Assembly (NCBI GenBank): GCA_029953675.1
Contig: JAMWBK010000009.1
Coordinates: 806,001-870,000 of the forward strand
Reading direction: 5' to 3'
Origin: Rhodosorus marinus CCMP1338
Taxonomy: Eukaryota; Plantae; Rhodophyta
DNA length: 64,000 bases
Positions 1 through 11,487 of this stretch are shown piece by piece (positions within the stretch are counted from its first letter, which is position 1; every line of letters begins with the position of its first letter). The notes under the pieces were generated by a model. The model had not been told where the DNA came from, made no database searches, and saw nothing but the letters and a program-made list of their open reading frames with translations. A program made the position numbers and the translations under genes.

Positions 1-1424
1 GGACCGTGAAGGCTCCACCAACATACCATGTGCAGGAGAGACTGTCGGAGTCTACCGTTACGTTGTTGAGAGCTACATACGGTTCCAGCGCATCAGCCGC
101 TGCTATCAACAGCCTCAGGTTGCGAGGTACGTGTCCATCTCCTCTCCCGCCAGTCACGAGCGGCTCCTCATTCGTACCCAGTTTTTGTTCATCTGGGCGT
201 TTCTCCATTCCAGTCTCAACCAAATACGATAGACACCTGTGAGATCCATCGCTGTAGTCTGTTCTCTCTAGGTCGTATCCACCAAGCGTTCGAGGGCTAC
301 ATTTTATTCGATCATTCCAGGATGCTCCGTATCCCCAATCCTCCATTCCGCCGTTCACTGGATAAACCGTGGATCCCATATCACCCACTTTGTATTCAGA
401 CTCGTAGTCACCTAGTCAAAAAAAAGGCGTCCGTTGAACATTGCGAAAACGCAAAGCGTTCAAGAGCGCGTCTCCACCGCGGGCAGATGCTTACCAGCCT
501 TTCCAGCGTAGTCACGCATCCTATTCGCTAGCTTTACCATCGCGAGGTTGTCTGGCGCCAGCGTACATCGCCGAGACCTACAATGAGCTGTGTCGCCCCA
601 TTCGTACCCGATCACGTTCGCTCCACCGTGGAACGTGATGAGGATCCGGTAAAAATGCGCGAGGAAGAGCTCGTTAATGGTCCTGCCGGCCACGGTTCTC
701 ATGCACAAGTCAGGATCCTGATCGAAGGCAAAATCCCGATTCGGATCTAATTCCTGCTCTCCATCCGATTGACGTTCACCTTCAAGCGGAAAATAGATTC
801 GAATCAGCTTAATACTGAAGGCGTCTCGTTCGGCTATGATGTTAGGTTGGCCTACCCCTCGTTTGCGTCTCGTACCCATAAGCGTTCGTTGTAGGGACGA
901 TCGTGATTACTCGAGTGTCAACAAGACTGGTTATCTTTTCATCTTTCCCATAATTCGATAATAATAGGTCCATAAATTCAACTGCAACCTGCGGACCAAT
1001 TACTTCGTCCCCATGAACTTCACCACTCACAAGCATATGCGGACGGCCGCTGTCCTACAGACGCGCCGCCGAAAAAGACACATGGAGCTCAGCAGAGTAG
1101 CTACAGGAGAATCGAGCAAGACGGCGCTTGCGAGAGCAATCCTACCTTAAGTCTTGTATCCCAATTCGTTATCTCCACAATCCATATCTTACAATCCTCC
1201 TGAAGCCCCTGCTTGTTCGCACACTTCCCAACGGAGGGCAGATCGAATACCTCTTGGGCGCTGTCCAACTTCACCAGCCTCGGATACCGCTTTGCTGCAT
1301 TCTGCAAACTTTCCTGTATTTCACTGTAAGACAAATACTTGTAACCCCTAACCTCTGCCGAACACTTGCTCAATATACACACCAACCACAGACTCAGCAC
1401 GGTGGTCTTCCAAGCAGTTCCCAT
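1..1424 (-). CDS. M14 zinc carboxypeptidase (CPD/CPE-like), multi-exon, 3' end runs off the window
   Basis: Signal peptide MGTAWKTTVLSLWLVCIL; zinc motif SGEVHGDE; DPNRDF; ITFHGG; YPVNGGMEDWGY in a later exon. Confidence 0.9.
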
Positions 1425-2126
1425 CTCATAGTTCCCGCCACCAAACCAATTCAAAGCCAAACACAATGCTAGGCAAACAGCTATTCGATCGTAAAGCTCT
1501 TAGACGAGAGCTCTTCCTCCGGGTAAAGGAATGTTTCGTTGTCCTTGTCCTCACGCATGTTCTTCATCCCCTTCAGCCCGATCCAATGACCGCGTCTCGA
1601 TGAGTCACAATCACACCAGTGATTGCCATCAGCGCTTCCCGAAAACCCGCGCGGAGGGCTTCTTTGGGACGGCCTATTCCTATCTTGAAACGTGTGCTGT
1701 TCAGTCGAGGCTGCTCGTGGAACCAGAAGCATTTGGCTCATTGAATGCTCCGAGTTGCGCCTATAAGACCTCACCAAGGGTGCGGAAACTCTGGCTTTCC
1801 TGGTGTATCTCAACATGATACTTCGCTTGTCAGCGGACAGCTTAGCAAACGCGCATTCATTTTGCTTGTAGGAAGAGTTCTCAGCATCGCCCCTCGCTAC
1901 CGGGTCTTGAAGAATCTGGCTCAAAACTCGAGAACAAGTTCGCATCCAGGATCAAACCAAGGTATATCTCGACTTCTTAAAATATTTCTGGCAAACATCA
2001 AACGGTGTTAGCATTGTGATCAGTGCGAACAGTGAGAACGGAGAAGCCCGGGGAATCGTGCTGAGCAAGTCTTTGCGGATGTAACTCGACTTGCGTTATG
2101 AGAAGATGAAGGATTTTGGTTTTTGG

Positions 2127-2228
2127 CCTCCTCTGATGATCTAGTCTCTCAGTTTCGTAAACCTGTAATTAGATCGGCTAGCGAGTGGGTCTCGCCTTGG
2201 ATTTTTGTCTTAAGATGACTGAAGGAGG
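2127..2228 (+). ncRNA. Candidate box C/D snoRNA
   Basis: cTGATGA at 2133-2139, CTGA at 2219-2222, perfect terminal stem CCTCCT (2127-2132)/AGGAGG (2223-2228), intergenic; no guide target identified. Confidence 0.45.
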
Positions 2229-2517
2229 ACGAGAGCCTTCCAGAATGAAAACTATGCACGAGTCGATTGTACGTTAAGGAGAATCGTGGAAGGTCCTGTG
2301 GTCCGTTGAGGACGAGAAGGGTGGGGTTGGCCGGCTTCTTGGTTTTTTTTTAATTTGTTGAAGGTTGTGATAAAACCTCGTTACCCGAGGGCTAAGAACG
2401 TGATCTCTGCGGGTATTTGTTGTTGAGCGCACCTCGTAACACGACAATGGAAGCAATAGCGCGCGATGGTATGTGTTCTTTTCCTCTCTGTGTACTACTT
2501 ACAGGGGCGAAGACTGA

Positions 2518-5500
2518 ATGATCTCTGTCGATGCAGGACTGCAAACTTGGTTGTCCGGCGTTTACGGCAAGGATGCGACGGTTCAGAAACGGGCTATTCA
2601 ATCCTCCTTATCAAACTTCTGGCCAATCATGGAGTTTTTCCGAACAACGTCAGGATCGAACGTGTAAGTTGGATATCATTACTGCATTGATGATCCTCGA
2701 GTTGCACTCTAAGCGCATTACTTCTCCGGTAAATCCGTTCAGGTACTTGTGGGATTTATGGGGAAAACTGATTTCGGCGATCTCAGATCGAATGTGGTCT
2801 GACAGTAATAGCCTTCGCAAAGTACGTAAGAACCTCAGCCGCGGGACGTCCTCCGTGGTAGAAGCTCAGCGGTACTCCCTCTTTAACGTTTGCTCAGGTA
2901 TCCATCAAGTTCGTTGTTACTGTGATTGTTACATATGCTTCTGATGAGAGTGGACGGCCCGACGTTTTCTCCATCACTAGACTTGCAGGGAATCACCCGT
3001 TCATGAATCGATCTGACTTGGCTAACCAAGCTCAGATCCTTGTCAACAAGCTGTGTTCACCGATGCAAGAAGCAACAAGGTAATAAAATCGAGGACAGAG
3101 ACTGGAATAATCCAAACCGGGGTGGGTGCGGTCTTGGCTCACGAAGTCTTCTCCCGATGCTCGCATTTTTGTTTTCGTCGCTTGTTCAGATCGGACCGCA
3201 GACTTGCTACTCCGATGACAGTAGGACCAGGAGTTCAAGTTGTGATAATCAACTGTCTGGGAGAAATCGGACGTTTATGTCCACAGTATGCATCAACGGT
3301 TGTGCCGATTTTGATGTCCGTCGTTTCCACGCGACCACCCATGACTTACCATGGAATGACTGCCATTCAAAAGCCAAGCATATTGGCGGCTACCAAGGCA
3401 AGCGTGAAATCCATAATTAGGAGTGGTTCACAAGGAAGGTCACTTGGGCGCGGATACATACGTACCGGGGAACTGAGCACTCTGGGACTGAAGAACATGG
3501 TAAGAAGATTCCCTCATGTTTAAACTTTTACATCAGAGCTCGAAGGGCTAACTTAAGAATGAGTTTTGGGCGCATTTTTTGACAGCCGGAGCTCACGCAG
3601 CTTTCGGGTGTGGACGATGAGCAAAGATCTGGACAAAGGAAACGACCTCGTGTCGAGCAGACAAGCTCTATGATGCCAGCAGTGATGACTCCATTCGCAA
3701 CGGCATCGGTCACATTGGAGTTGTTCAAATCGCTCCCAGTGCCGGAAGTAGTCGAGCTCGTGATGCGGAACATGGAAAATCTCCCACCAGTGGTCCCAAT
3801 CACGTCCGCAACTGCAACCGAGGCAGGACCGGCAAGTGTCACACACCACATTGTAGTTCACGCTGAATCATGGACCAGCCGTACGCTGGTCAAGTGCATT
3901 TACAGGTTACTTACAAGTTTTCTTGGAATGTCTATTCGGCAGGCTGCGCCGGCTTCGTCGTCAGTTCGAGACCCTCGGAAGAAGCCTGGCGGTCCATTGA
4001 GAGATCCGCGAAAGGAGCGCCAGGAGCAAGCGAAACAGCCACGCTTGGATCCCCGTAGAGCAAGCGCATCCGTTCAAGATACAAAACCTGCCGATTCGAC
4101 AGCGGCGGAGACGACTGGGGAAGTTCCTGTTGTGGATGACCCGCATGTGGTACGTGAATAACTGAATTTACCTTTTGCAGGAGGTAGAGTAGTATCCTAA
4201 CCATACTTGCGACTATGCTCCGACGCGTGTAATGGCTGTTCAACAGCAAGTTGAAGTGGGGCCGAATGTACCTCCCCCGGTTTCGAAGAAGAGGACGGTG
4301 AGCTCCTCGGGAACTGAAAATGGACCGCTGTCGCCAGAACGAGGCTTAATCGATTATTGTTGCTATGGACGTAGGACGCTCCTCCTGTAGAAGCTTTAAA
4401 ACTAAGCAAAAAGGACGGGACCCGACTGAGAACCTTAATTGCTCTGAGAATACTCCATCAGGAGAGTGAGGCAATGGAATCTGGAGGACTCGAACTGAGA
4501 CTGCTGCTGTTGGCCAGGATTCTGACAAGCACGGGATCGGAAGAGAGCAGTGGATCTGTAGAGGAGGAAGGTCTCCGGCAGCAGTGTCAAGAATTCATCT
4601 GCGAAGACCTTGCCGGTCGGCTTGAGCTGGCCTCGTACTGGCTTTACGCGGAGGCAGCTTCGAATGTGAGTGCACGGTAGTTTGCTTGGGCTGAGAAACC
4701 GCCCCGTACGGTACGAGGTACTGACATCATGCAATTTCTCTGGCCGCAGGTTGAGGGTGCATGCACAGGTACAATCAGCTCCACGTCATATTCCAGAGCA
4801 AAAGGATTCGGTTGCAACTGACTGGTTACGTTCGCTTGTTCGATGCTGATACGCATCGGGGAAAGGCTACAGTCATTCTGGAGATGAGCAGTACCGGAAA
4901 TTGCTTCTGTCCTTCATGGGCAGAGCAATCGAGATGCGGAGTAGCAGTGACCAGTCCCGGGATCCGACGCTGTCCAAGCTGCTCATTGAAGCACCCTCAC
5001 TGCCGGAGGAGGTCATGGACGAGTTGCGCCGCCTGAGCGAAGACCCTTCGAGCTCATCCGTCGGCTTATATCTGCTGGGCGATGTCGTCTTGGAAAGATA
5101 TGGCGACGACCGCGACAGAGCTCTTACGATCTTGCTGGAGTACGCGATTTGCGACGATGAGCTGCTACGGGGTCCTGCCATCCGCCTTCTTACAACGACC
5201 TTGCTTGAGCTCAAGGAAACAGAGGAAGAGACCGAAAGGTATTCCCTTGCTGCCGTCAAGGAGATGGTTGAGAGGAAGTCCGATACTGGCGACCCAAAAA
5301 GTGAAATCGGGCGGGTTCTGCATTTGCTCATGGCTCTCGTTGTCAAGAAGCCTGAATTGCTGGTCAACCTGGCAGGATTCTTTGTGATGTCTTCCACCGT
5401 TGATCGTGACGTTATCCTCGACCTGCTGGCAGATTCAGCAAAGCAGATCCCCGGAGATTCGGAATCTGTAAACGCATTGATTAGAGGAGACCAAGTCCCC

Positions 5501-6425
5501 GAGGCGGGTCCATTCGCGCTGAAGCTGCTCGAAACACTAGCGGCCGATTCAAAACTGGCACTTGTCCTACTTGAACCAGCCAAAGAAAGGTAGAAGTGAA
5601 CTCAGCAAAGTATTCATAATATATGGTTTATCGACAACGTTTTCTGTGAACGCTTCATGTTAGGTTCTCGTCTTCTGGTGACGTCCGATTCATTTTACCT
5701 GTCCTTTCGTTTATGGACAAGGAAACGATCAAGAAATTCCTCCCGAGCTTACTAAGGAGTATGGATAAGGACGTGTTTGCTATGGTCCTGGACGTTACTT
5801 CTGCGAGAAATCCTCCGGTGCGTAGAGCTCATGTTGCAGCGGCCAGCCAGAATGGACATGTCTGTCCTAAATCTCTCTGTTTGCGCTTAGGTGATGCTCC
5901 CTTCCGAGCTTATGTACGAGCTCCATGTAATCGATGGCGTACATGAAGATGCAGTTAAGCAAGCGCTCGAGCAGTGCTTTGCTCGAACAGCTGTTTTCAA
6001 GCAGGAGATTCTCGCAACTGTTTTGCAGAGGATGGTGGAGATGAGTCCATTGCCAAAGCTCTTCTTGTGGACAGTAATTGAAACGGTCACGCATCAACCA
6101 AAGTTGAAGAGTTTCATTTCTCAGAGTATCCTGCGAAGGCTTGTCGAGCGGGAACTGTGGGAAAGTCATATGTTATGGGAGGCGTTCGAGGTGAGAAGCA
6201 CATCGAGGACTATGTTCCATTCTCCCTGTGTTTGACAATTCGGACTCGTTTTTGCAGGCTGCGGCTCCAATATCAGTTCCAGTTCTACTCCAACTCCCCC
6301 CAACTCAACTTCGCGAAGCCCTTACGTCCAGTGACAAACTCCGCGAGAGCCTAACGAGATACACTAGCGAGCTTCGTACTGCTGTTCCTTCGTGGGTTGT
6401 TTCCATCTTGGACAGTTCATCCTAG
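2518..6425 (+). CDS. SYMPK: Symplekin (CPSF/Pta1 scaffold), multi-exon; start approximate
   Basis: VQKRAIQ N-terminal motif, RKRPR NLS, VMRNMENLPP, C-terminal LFLWTVIE...FISQSILRRLVERELWE...LWEAF. Confidence 0.88.
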
Positions 6426-6480
6426 CGTCAACCACGATCGCATTGATGAATCTGTTTACTCCTGAAAAAAACAGTCAGAC

Positions 6481-6864
6481 TGGCGAACAGGGTAAAGCCC
6501 AAAGTTGAGACGCCCGTTTCGGAGCTTAGAAAAGTCGGCGATTCGCTTGGGCAACGACGTAGACGAGCAGGGTCAAGCATTTGGGGCAGCCGCGGCCTCC
6601 CAAGCACCGGTGTATCTGTTTTTGCTCATCGAAAAACTGAACATGCTGCAGTCCAGTGCTGTCCGCGCCGCGAGCTTACCGGCTCGTAATGAGAGTAGCA
6701 TTTGTCCCCTAAACATTTAATAGAACTAAGTAAACTTGAGACACTGAATCGAGAAGTACGGCTGCTCGCTAACACAGGCGTGATTTCAGTCCAGACGGAC
6801 CAGAATCACTCGCTGGCCCGCCCTGACAGTGAGTGAACGCTACGAAATATCGACGAGGGCGCCA
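6481..6864 (+). ncRNA. Tentative RNase P/MRP-like structured RNA
   Basis: GAAAAGTCGGCG (6529-6540) fits CR-I GNAANNUCNGNG; ACGAAATATCGACGA (6842-6856) fits CR-V with one mismatch; P4-, P1-, P2- and P3-like pairings are possible; CR-IV not found. Confidence 0.25.
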
Positions 6865-7619
6865 CGGTGCCAGCTATAGACCGTCGTAACTGGCACTACA
6901 GCTATACCCCTATGCAACGCTAGCCCAGACTTTCTATTTGAGGCGAAAAGGGCTGTTGAAACTTGCCGTTAATCCAGCTCTCCCTATTTGGCCAGGGAAT
7001 GGAGCGGTACTCCGTTGCCACTGTCGAGAGAATGACGCGTCTCGTGTGCACAACTGGATTTCGGGCTCGACCCACCCTTCACAGAAAACATGGATCATCC
7101 CCTCTGTGCTAATCCACGATTAGGAGGAACAAAACGTGATATTTTCAACAACTATCCTAGGCGATTGTTCTTATTGACGTTCAGCAGTCTAGGGTAGGCA
7201 AGCAGCCCAGTAAAGTTCACGGTTAAGCTAGTCTGGGGGTAGGGGGGCTGCAAGCATTTGTTGCACCGGAGCCTAGAACTGAGCGATGTTCGGGCTCAGA
7301 TCAACCGCAAATTATGGCAGGGGAACGCGGAGATAGCGATAGGCGCTCTGCGAGTGGACCAGTTGGCGAATCCACTGGTCCCTGCTTTTTCTTTCGAACG
7401 TAGCAGGAGCCGGTAAGCGGGGTTAGCGTGAGCTTTTCCCTAGATAGTTGTAGCACTAGTGATACGCTGCAGTAGGCAGCTGCCCAGTAAAGTTTACGAT
7501 TACTTTAGAGGTGCGCTGTGGTAGGAAGCTGCCGTATAAAGGCTACGGGGTTACGTCAACCTTGTAGCGGTCGGGCTTAAGTAAATCGTCACGGAAATGC
7601 TGAGGTCGTCGAAAAGGAT

Positions 7620-7910
7620 ATGAATGAATCGTATTGTGAAACCGGCAATATCTGAACCCAAAGGTGGGGTCATGCGAGATGTGACATTCATGACTGCCTT
7701 GATGGGCCAGGTTCCTCTGAGAATTTCACGTTCCTTGATCTAGTCAGCTTCGCCCTCACCTGAAGAATGGGTATTGGGCATTTATGCCGAGCAACTAGGT
7801 GCACCGGAAGACGACTTCTACGAGGCCCTTCGTATTGTACCAATCGTTGTCATGCGTTTTGGTTTACCCGGTGAGTTCTCTACGAGAGACTACGGAGTCA
7901 CAAGCGTATG
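7620..7910 (+). mobile_element. Degenerate Ty3/gypsy reverse transcriptase fragment
   Basis: IHDCLDGPGSSENFTFLDLVS (7686-) resembles IDDLLDxLxGAKYFSxLDLKS; after a frameshift QLGAPEDD...VVMRFGL resembles QIRIAPED...VMPFGL; stops and frameshifts present. Confidence 0.5.
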
Positions 7911-10380
7911 ACTACTAACTCATCAGCAGATAGAAGCATGTTCAGGGAGCCCTGCCTTTAGCCTCACAAACCTGTGGTTTTTTTTGTTTTCATGAGACTC
8001 CTGAATCATACGTTTTCCGGTCACCTGGGCCTTAACGTGCCGATTTTCTCAGCCTGGACTGCGAGAAGGCTGGATCGCTGGAACGTCACGTAGAAGCAAT
8101 CGCCCAGAGGGCAGTTGCTCAAAAAACCGCATGCTCTATTGTGGGGTATTCGCGGTCATACAATTTCGCGCTCGAATCCCTCAACAAAGAATCGATGTTG
8201 GAGTGTTTGGCGTGCATGAGGCGGTTCCATTGAGAGCCGCAATCTCCATTCAGTCTCAACCATAACCACAGCTAACCGCGGTAGGCGCGAGAGACAAATC
8301 GATATGTGAAAAGCATACAAAGACTAGCCATCGGTAGGATGATGGGATCCAAGTTGCGGCGCCATCGGAAAATGTGTTGCCCCCGTGGACTCTGGAAAAT
8401 TTTCTGGACCCAATATTACTCCAAACGCGTCGGTCGATGATTGGACGTGGAGGCCTTCGCGTTAAAGAACATAGGGTTTTTACAGTCACGATTTTTGTTT
8501 TTCAGTTACACGACGGAACCCTAATTCGATAAGAATCCCGTTAACCGACGTTTCGTTTACCAATTATCATCCAACAACTCTTCTCCTCGGTGAAATTGGT
8601 TCTCACGAGATGCGATGTACGAATTTATTTTGAAAAAAACGAAATACATGGCTTGTCCATAAGGAATGAAATCTACAGGTTTTTCTTCAATAATAACGGA
8701 ACCCTTGAAAGTATCTAGCCTCGGCGCTTCAATGAAAATCTTTCTGGTTGAACCCCTTTCGGCCGTACAGCAGATTCGGGTTGGCAACGAATTGCACTAT
8801 TTTTAAATATCCGATTCTTAACCATCTGTGATTCGTTTAGTAATATGTGTTTAAATAAAAGTTTATATGATGTTGTGTTTTATGTTCTTAAAATATCCTC
8901 TATTCACATGAGCCGCCCTTGCGACCTGAGGCGCCCATAAAACACAGTCCGACCGTGGGAAAAAACGATCGATTCTAGGTTTGCACGAAAGGTTCCGTAA
9001 TTTTGAGCTAAAATCGCAATGCACATTCTTCTGAGAAAAAATAAGTAGGAACATCCGTTCCTACTTTTTTGTTAATAAGTGAAGCCGCAGTCGAATGATT
9101 CACCGAAGAGATGAGCGGTTCACCTCTGTCAGCGGTGAGGACCAACTTATGCACTCTTTAGGCAAAAACTTGGCAATTTCTGGGTTTCAACAGATTTCCA
9201 GTCGATTTTGAATAACATATGGCTACATATGGCTACCTTTAGACAAGCCTGCCCCAAAAATATATCGTAAGCGCATGCAAATTTTGATGTAGTGAACAGA
9301 TATTTATCCAATGATTCCGCGAGTAGTTCCTGTATTAACCAATCATAATAATGGGCTTATCTCATATTAGTTTTTTCTTTTGTCTTTTTGTCGGCCGCTG
9401 CCGTTAATGTGGCTTGAATGCTGGGGAATCTATACAAGCTGAAAATTTGTATAGTTATTCATACACCAGACTTACAGAGCTTAAAACACCCCTGATAAAA
9501 TCGTCGACCTGTCTCCGATATTTTCTTGGAAGGAGCGTGACGCATACCTGCCCCTGTCGACGAAATGCCTTCAGGCGAGACTTTTCGGAGGCTATTTCTC
9601 CAGTTAGGTCCTGCTTGAGCACCCCCCCCTCCTTCGAGTAGTTGATCAACGGGTCAACTCTCACAAATTTCTTTTTGGTAGCGCACCACCCCACCCCACC
9701 CCCACCCTAAGTTTCAGGAAATTGACATTTCAGACACCGTGGAGCCTCCTCAAAAAAATATAAAAACTTCACAATATCCAACAAAGAAATAGACGAACTC
9801 TTTTCATCATTAATTTTATTTTGCTAACACTCCAATTCCGCCCCATTAGAAAAGAGACGCTCTCCGCGACAAACAAACCAAACCAACAAAAAAAAGAGGA
9901 ACCGATTCGCCATCCAATCGTGAGCCCATCCTTTATTGATTGAAGGATTGGATACGAAAAGTAAATATCGTGAAATAATTGTTAGGGTTTTGTCTGGATG
10001 GTTGGGATTGGGATTTTCATCGAAAGCCCTGATTTTTTCGTTTCATCATGGCCAATAGAGTAGATTTTTTTGTCGATGGCGTTGGGTCATTGATAGCCGG
10101 ATTGGTGTGTCAATTTTTCTTCGTCTAATCCTTTTTATGTTTTAGAGGGTTTTCGGATGCCATCGAGGATGAAGTTTCTTATGAATTTTTGGGACCGAAG
10201 GTTGGATTCAATGCAAAGTAGGAGGTTTTTGTTAGGCTTAATAGGTTAGCAGTGAGGCGTGCGTGAGTGGGGGTGGGTTAGGAGCTGGAGGGTTGAGGTT
10301 GAAGGGGCCGAACAAGCGGGACAGAAGGCTGGAGCTATGAGTGGGTGGCATTGGTCGTAGGTTCTCACCTGATAGAAAAG

Positions 10381-11067
10381 ATGTGTGTTGTGGAAATGGA
10401 GGATGTGCGCGGCGTAAGCTTGCACGAGCTTGAGGATTTTGAGTCCGTGCTGACGGCCGGTGTGCTCGCATGGGTGAGAAAATCCGAGAGGAGACCGAGG
10501 TTGAGGGTTTTCTCTTCAGAGTGCCATGGAAAGCGCCTACCCCCAATCAAGTTGGAGGATTACGTGGCGAGAATTATGAAGTATTCAAACTGCTCTCCTG
10601 TATGCTTCTCGGTTGCCATCGCCCTCATGAGGAGATTAGCATCGAAGTTCGATGAAATGATACCGATCAACCTCAACGTGCACCGGCTCTTGCTCGCCTG
10701 TGTCGTCCTTGCCATTAAGATGATGGAGGACCGCCACTTCGATAACCTGCATTTCTCCAAGGTCGGAGGTCTGGGTCTTGTCGAACTCAACATTCTCGAA
10801 ATGGATTTGTTGAAGAGGCTCAATTTCGACTTGAGGATGGACCCGGAAGAGCTGCAGGAGGCGGAAGCCTTCTTGCTCAGTGAGGTGATGTCCTGTAATG
10901 TCAATCTTGGCACCAGGGAGAGAGCGGTTCTCCGCAATTATGGCCTTGTTGGAAAAGATGAGTTTCATAGGAAGAGACCTGTTAGCCCGTCAATGGAGAG
11001 AGAGGCAACAAGTAAGGTCGGCGCCGACGAAGCATTTCCCGACGCTGTTCGTGTGTTTGTGCACTGA
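10381..11067 (+). CDS. P/U-type (PHO80/PCL-like) cyclin
   Basis: PPIKLEDYVARIMKYSNCSPVCF, NVHRLLLACVVLAIKMMED, FSKVGGL..ELNILE; intronless. Confidence 0.92.
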   Translation: MCVVEMEDVRGVSLHELEDFESVLTAGVLAWVRKSERRPRLRVFSSECHGKRLPPIKLEDYVARIMKYSNCSPVCFSVAIALMRRLASKFDEMIPINLNVHRLLLACVVLAIKMMEDRHFDNLHFSKVGGLGLVELNILEMDLLKRLNFDLRMDPEELQEAEAFLLSEVMSCNVNLGTRERAVLRNYGLVGKDEFHRKRPVSPSMEREATSKVGADEAFPDAVRVFVH

Positions 11068-11487
11068 ACCTCTGAACTGGAAGAAGGCATGAAGCCCACT
11101 TGAGTGTGACAGAGAGCTCTATCCGTTTTCGAAAGGATTTAGACATGACCCCAGTTTGGGTTTCCTGTGAGCATGCTCTCGCGTGCACTTGTACAATCAC
11201 CTGTAATTTTCATTTTGGTTCTAACTCGTAGTTTTTTTGCAGCTCCTTGAACTAACAACTAATTAAAACAAGACGTGTTTAGTCAAAAATCTTGAGCGTA
11301 TTATTGAGCTCGCTGCCAAGAATCGAGTCCCAACACGTTATCCCCTTACATACACTGGCCAAAAAGCAAGTTTACAACTATGACATGCCACCAATCTACT
11401 GGCGAAGATCATGCCTATCAAGATCTACAGTTAAGAACGCAGAATCTCACAGCGAGACTCAAACAGCCGGAACCCTAGTTTACTACT

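Noticed and set aside
6840-6850. Hammerhead-like CTGA...GAAA core around 6823-6847
   Set aside because: CUGANGA is not matched (CTGACAG) and the required stems are absent
9730-9810. Minus-strand ATGATGA...CTGA snoRNA-like pair with 9 nt complementary to 18S GUGGAGCCU
   Set aside because: Only a 3-bp AT stem, AT-rich promoter context, and the complementarity is not positioned at the D+5 site
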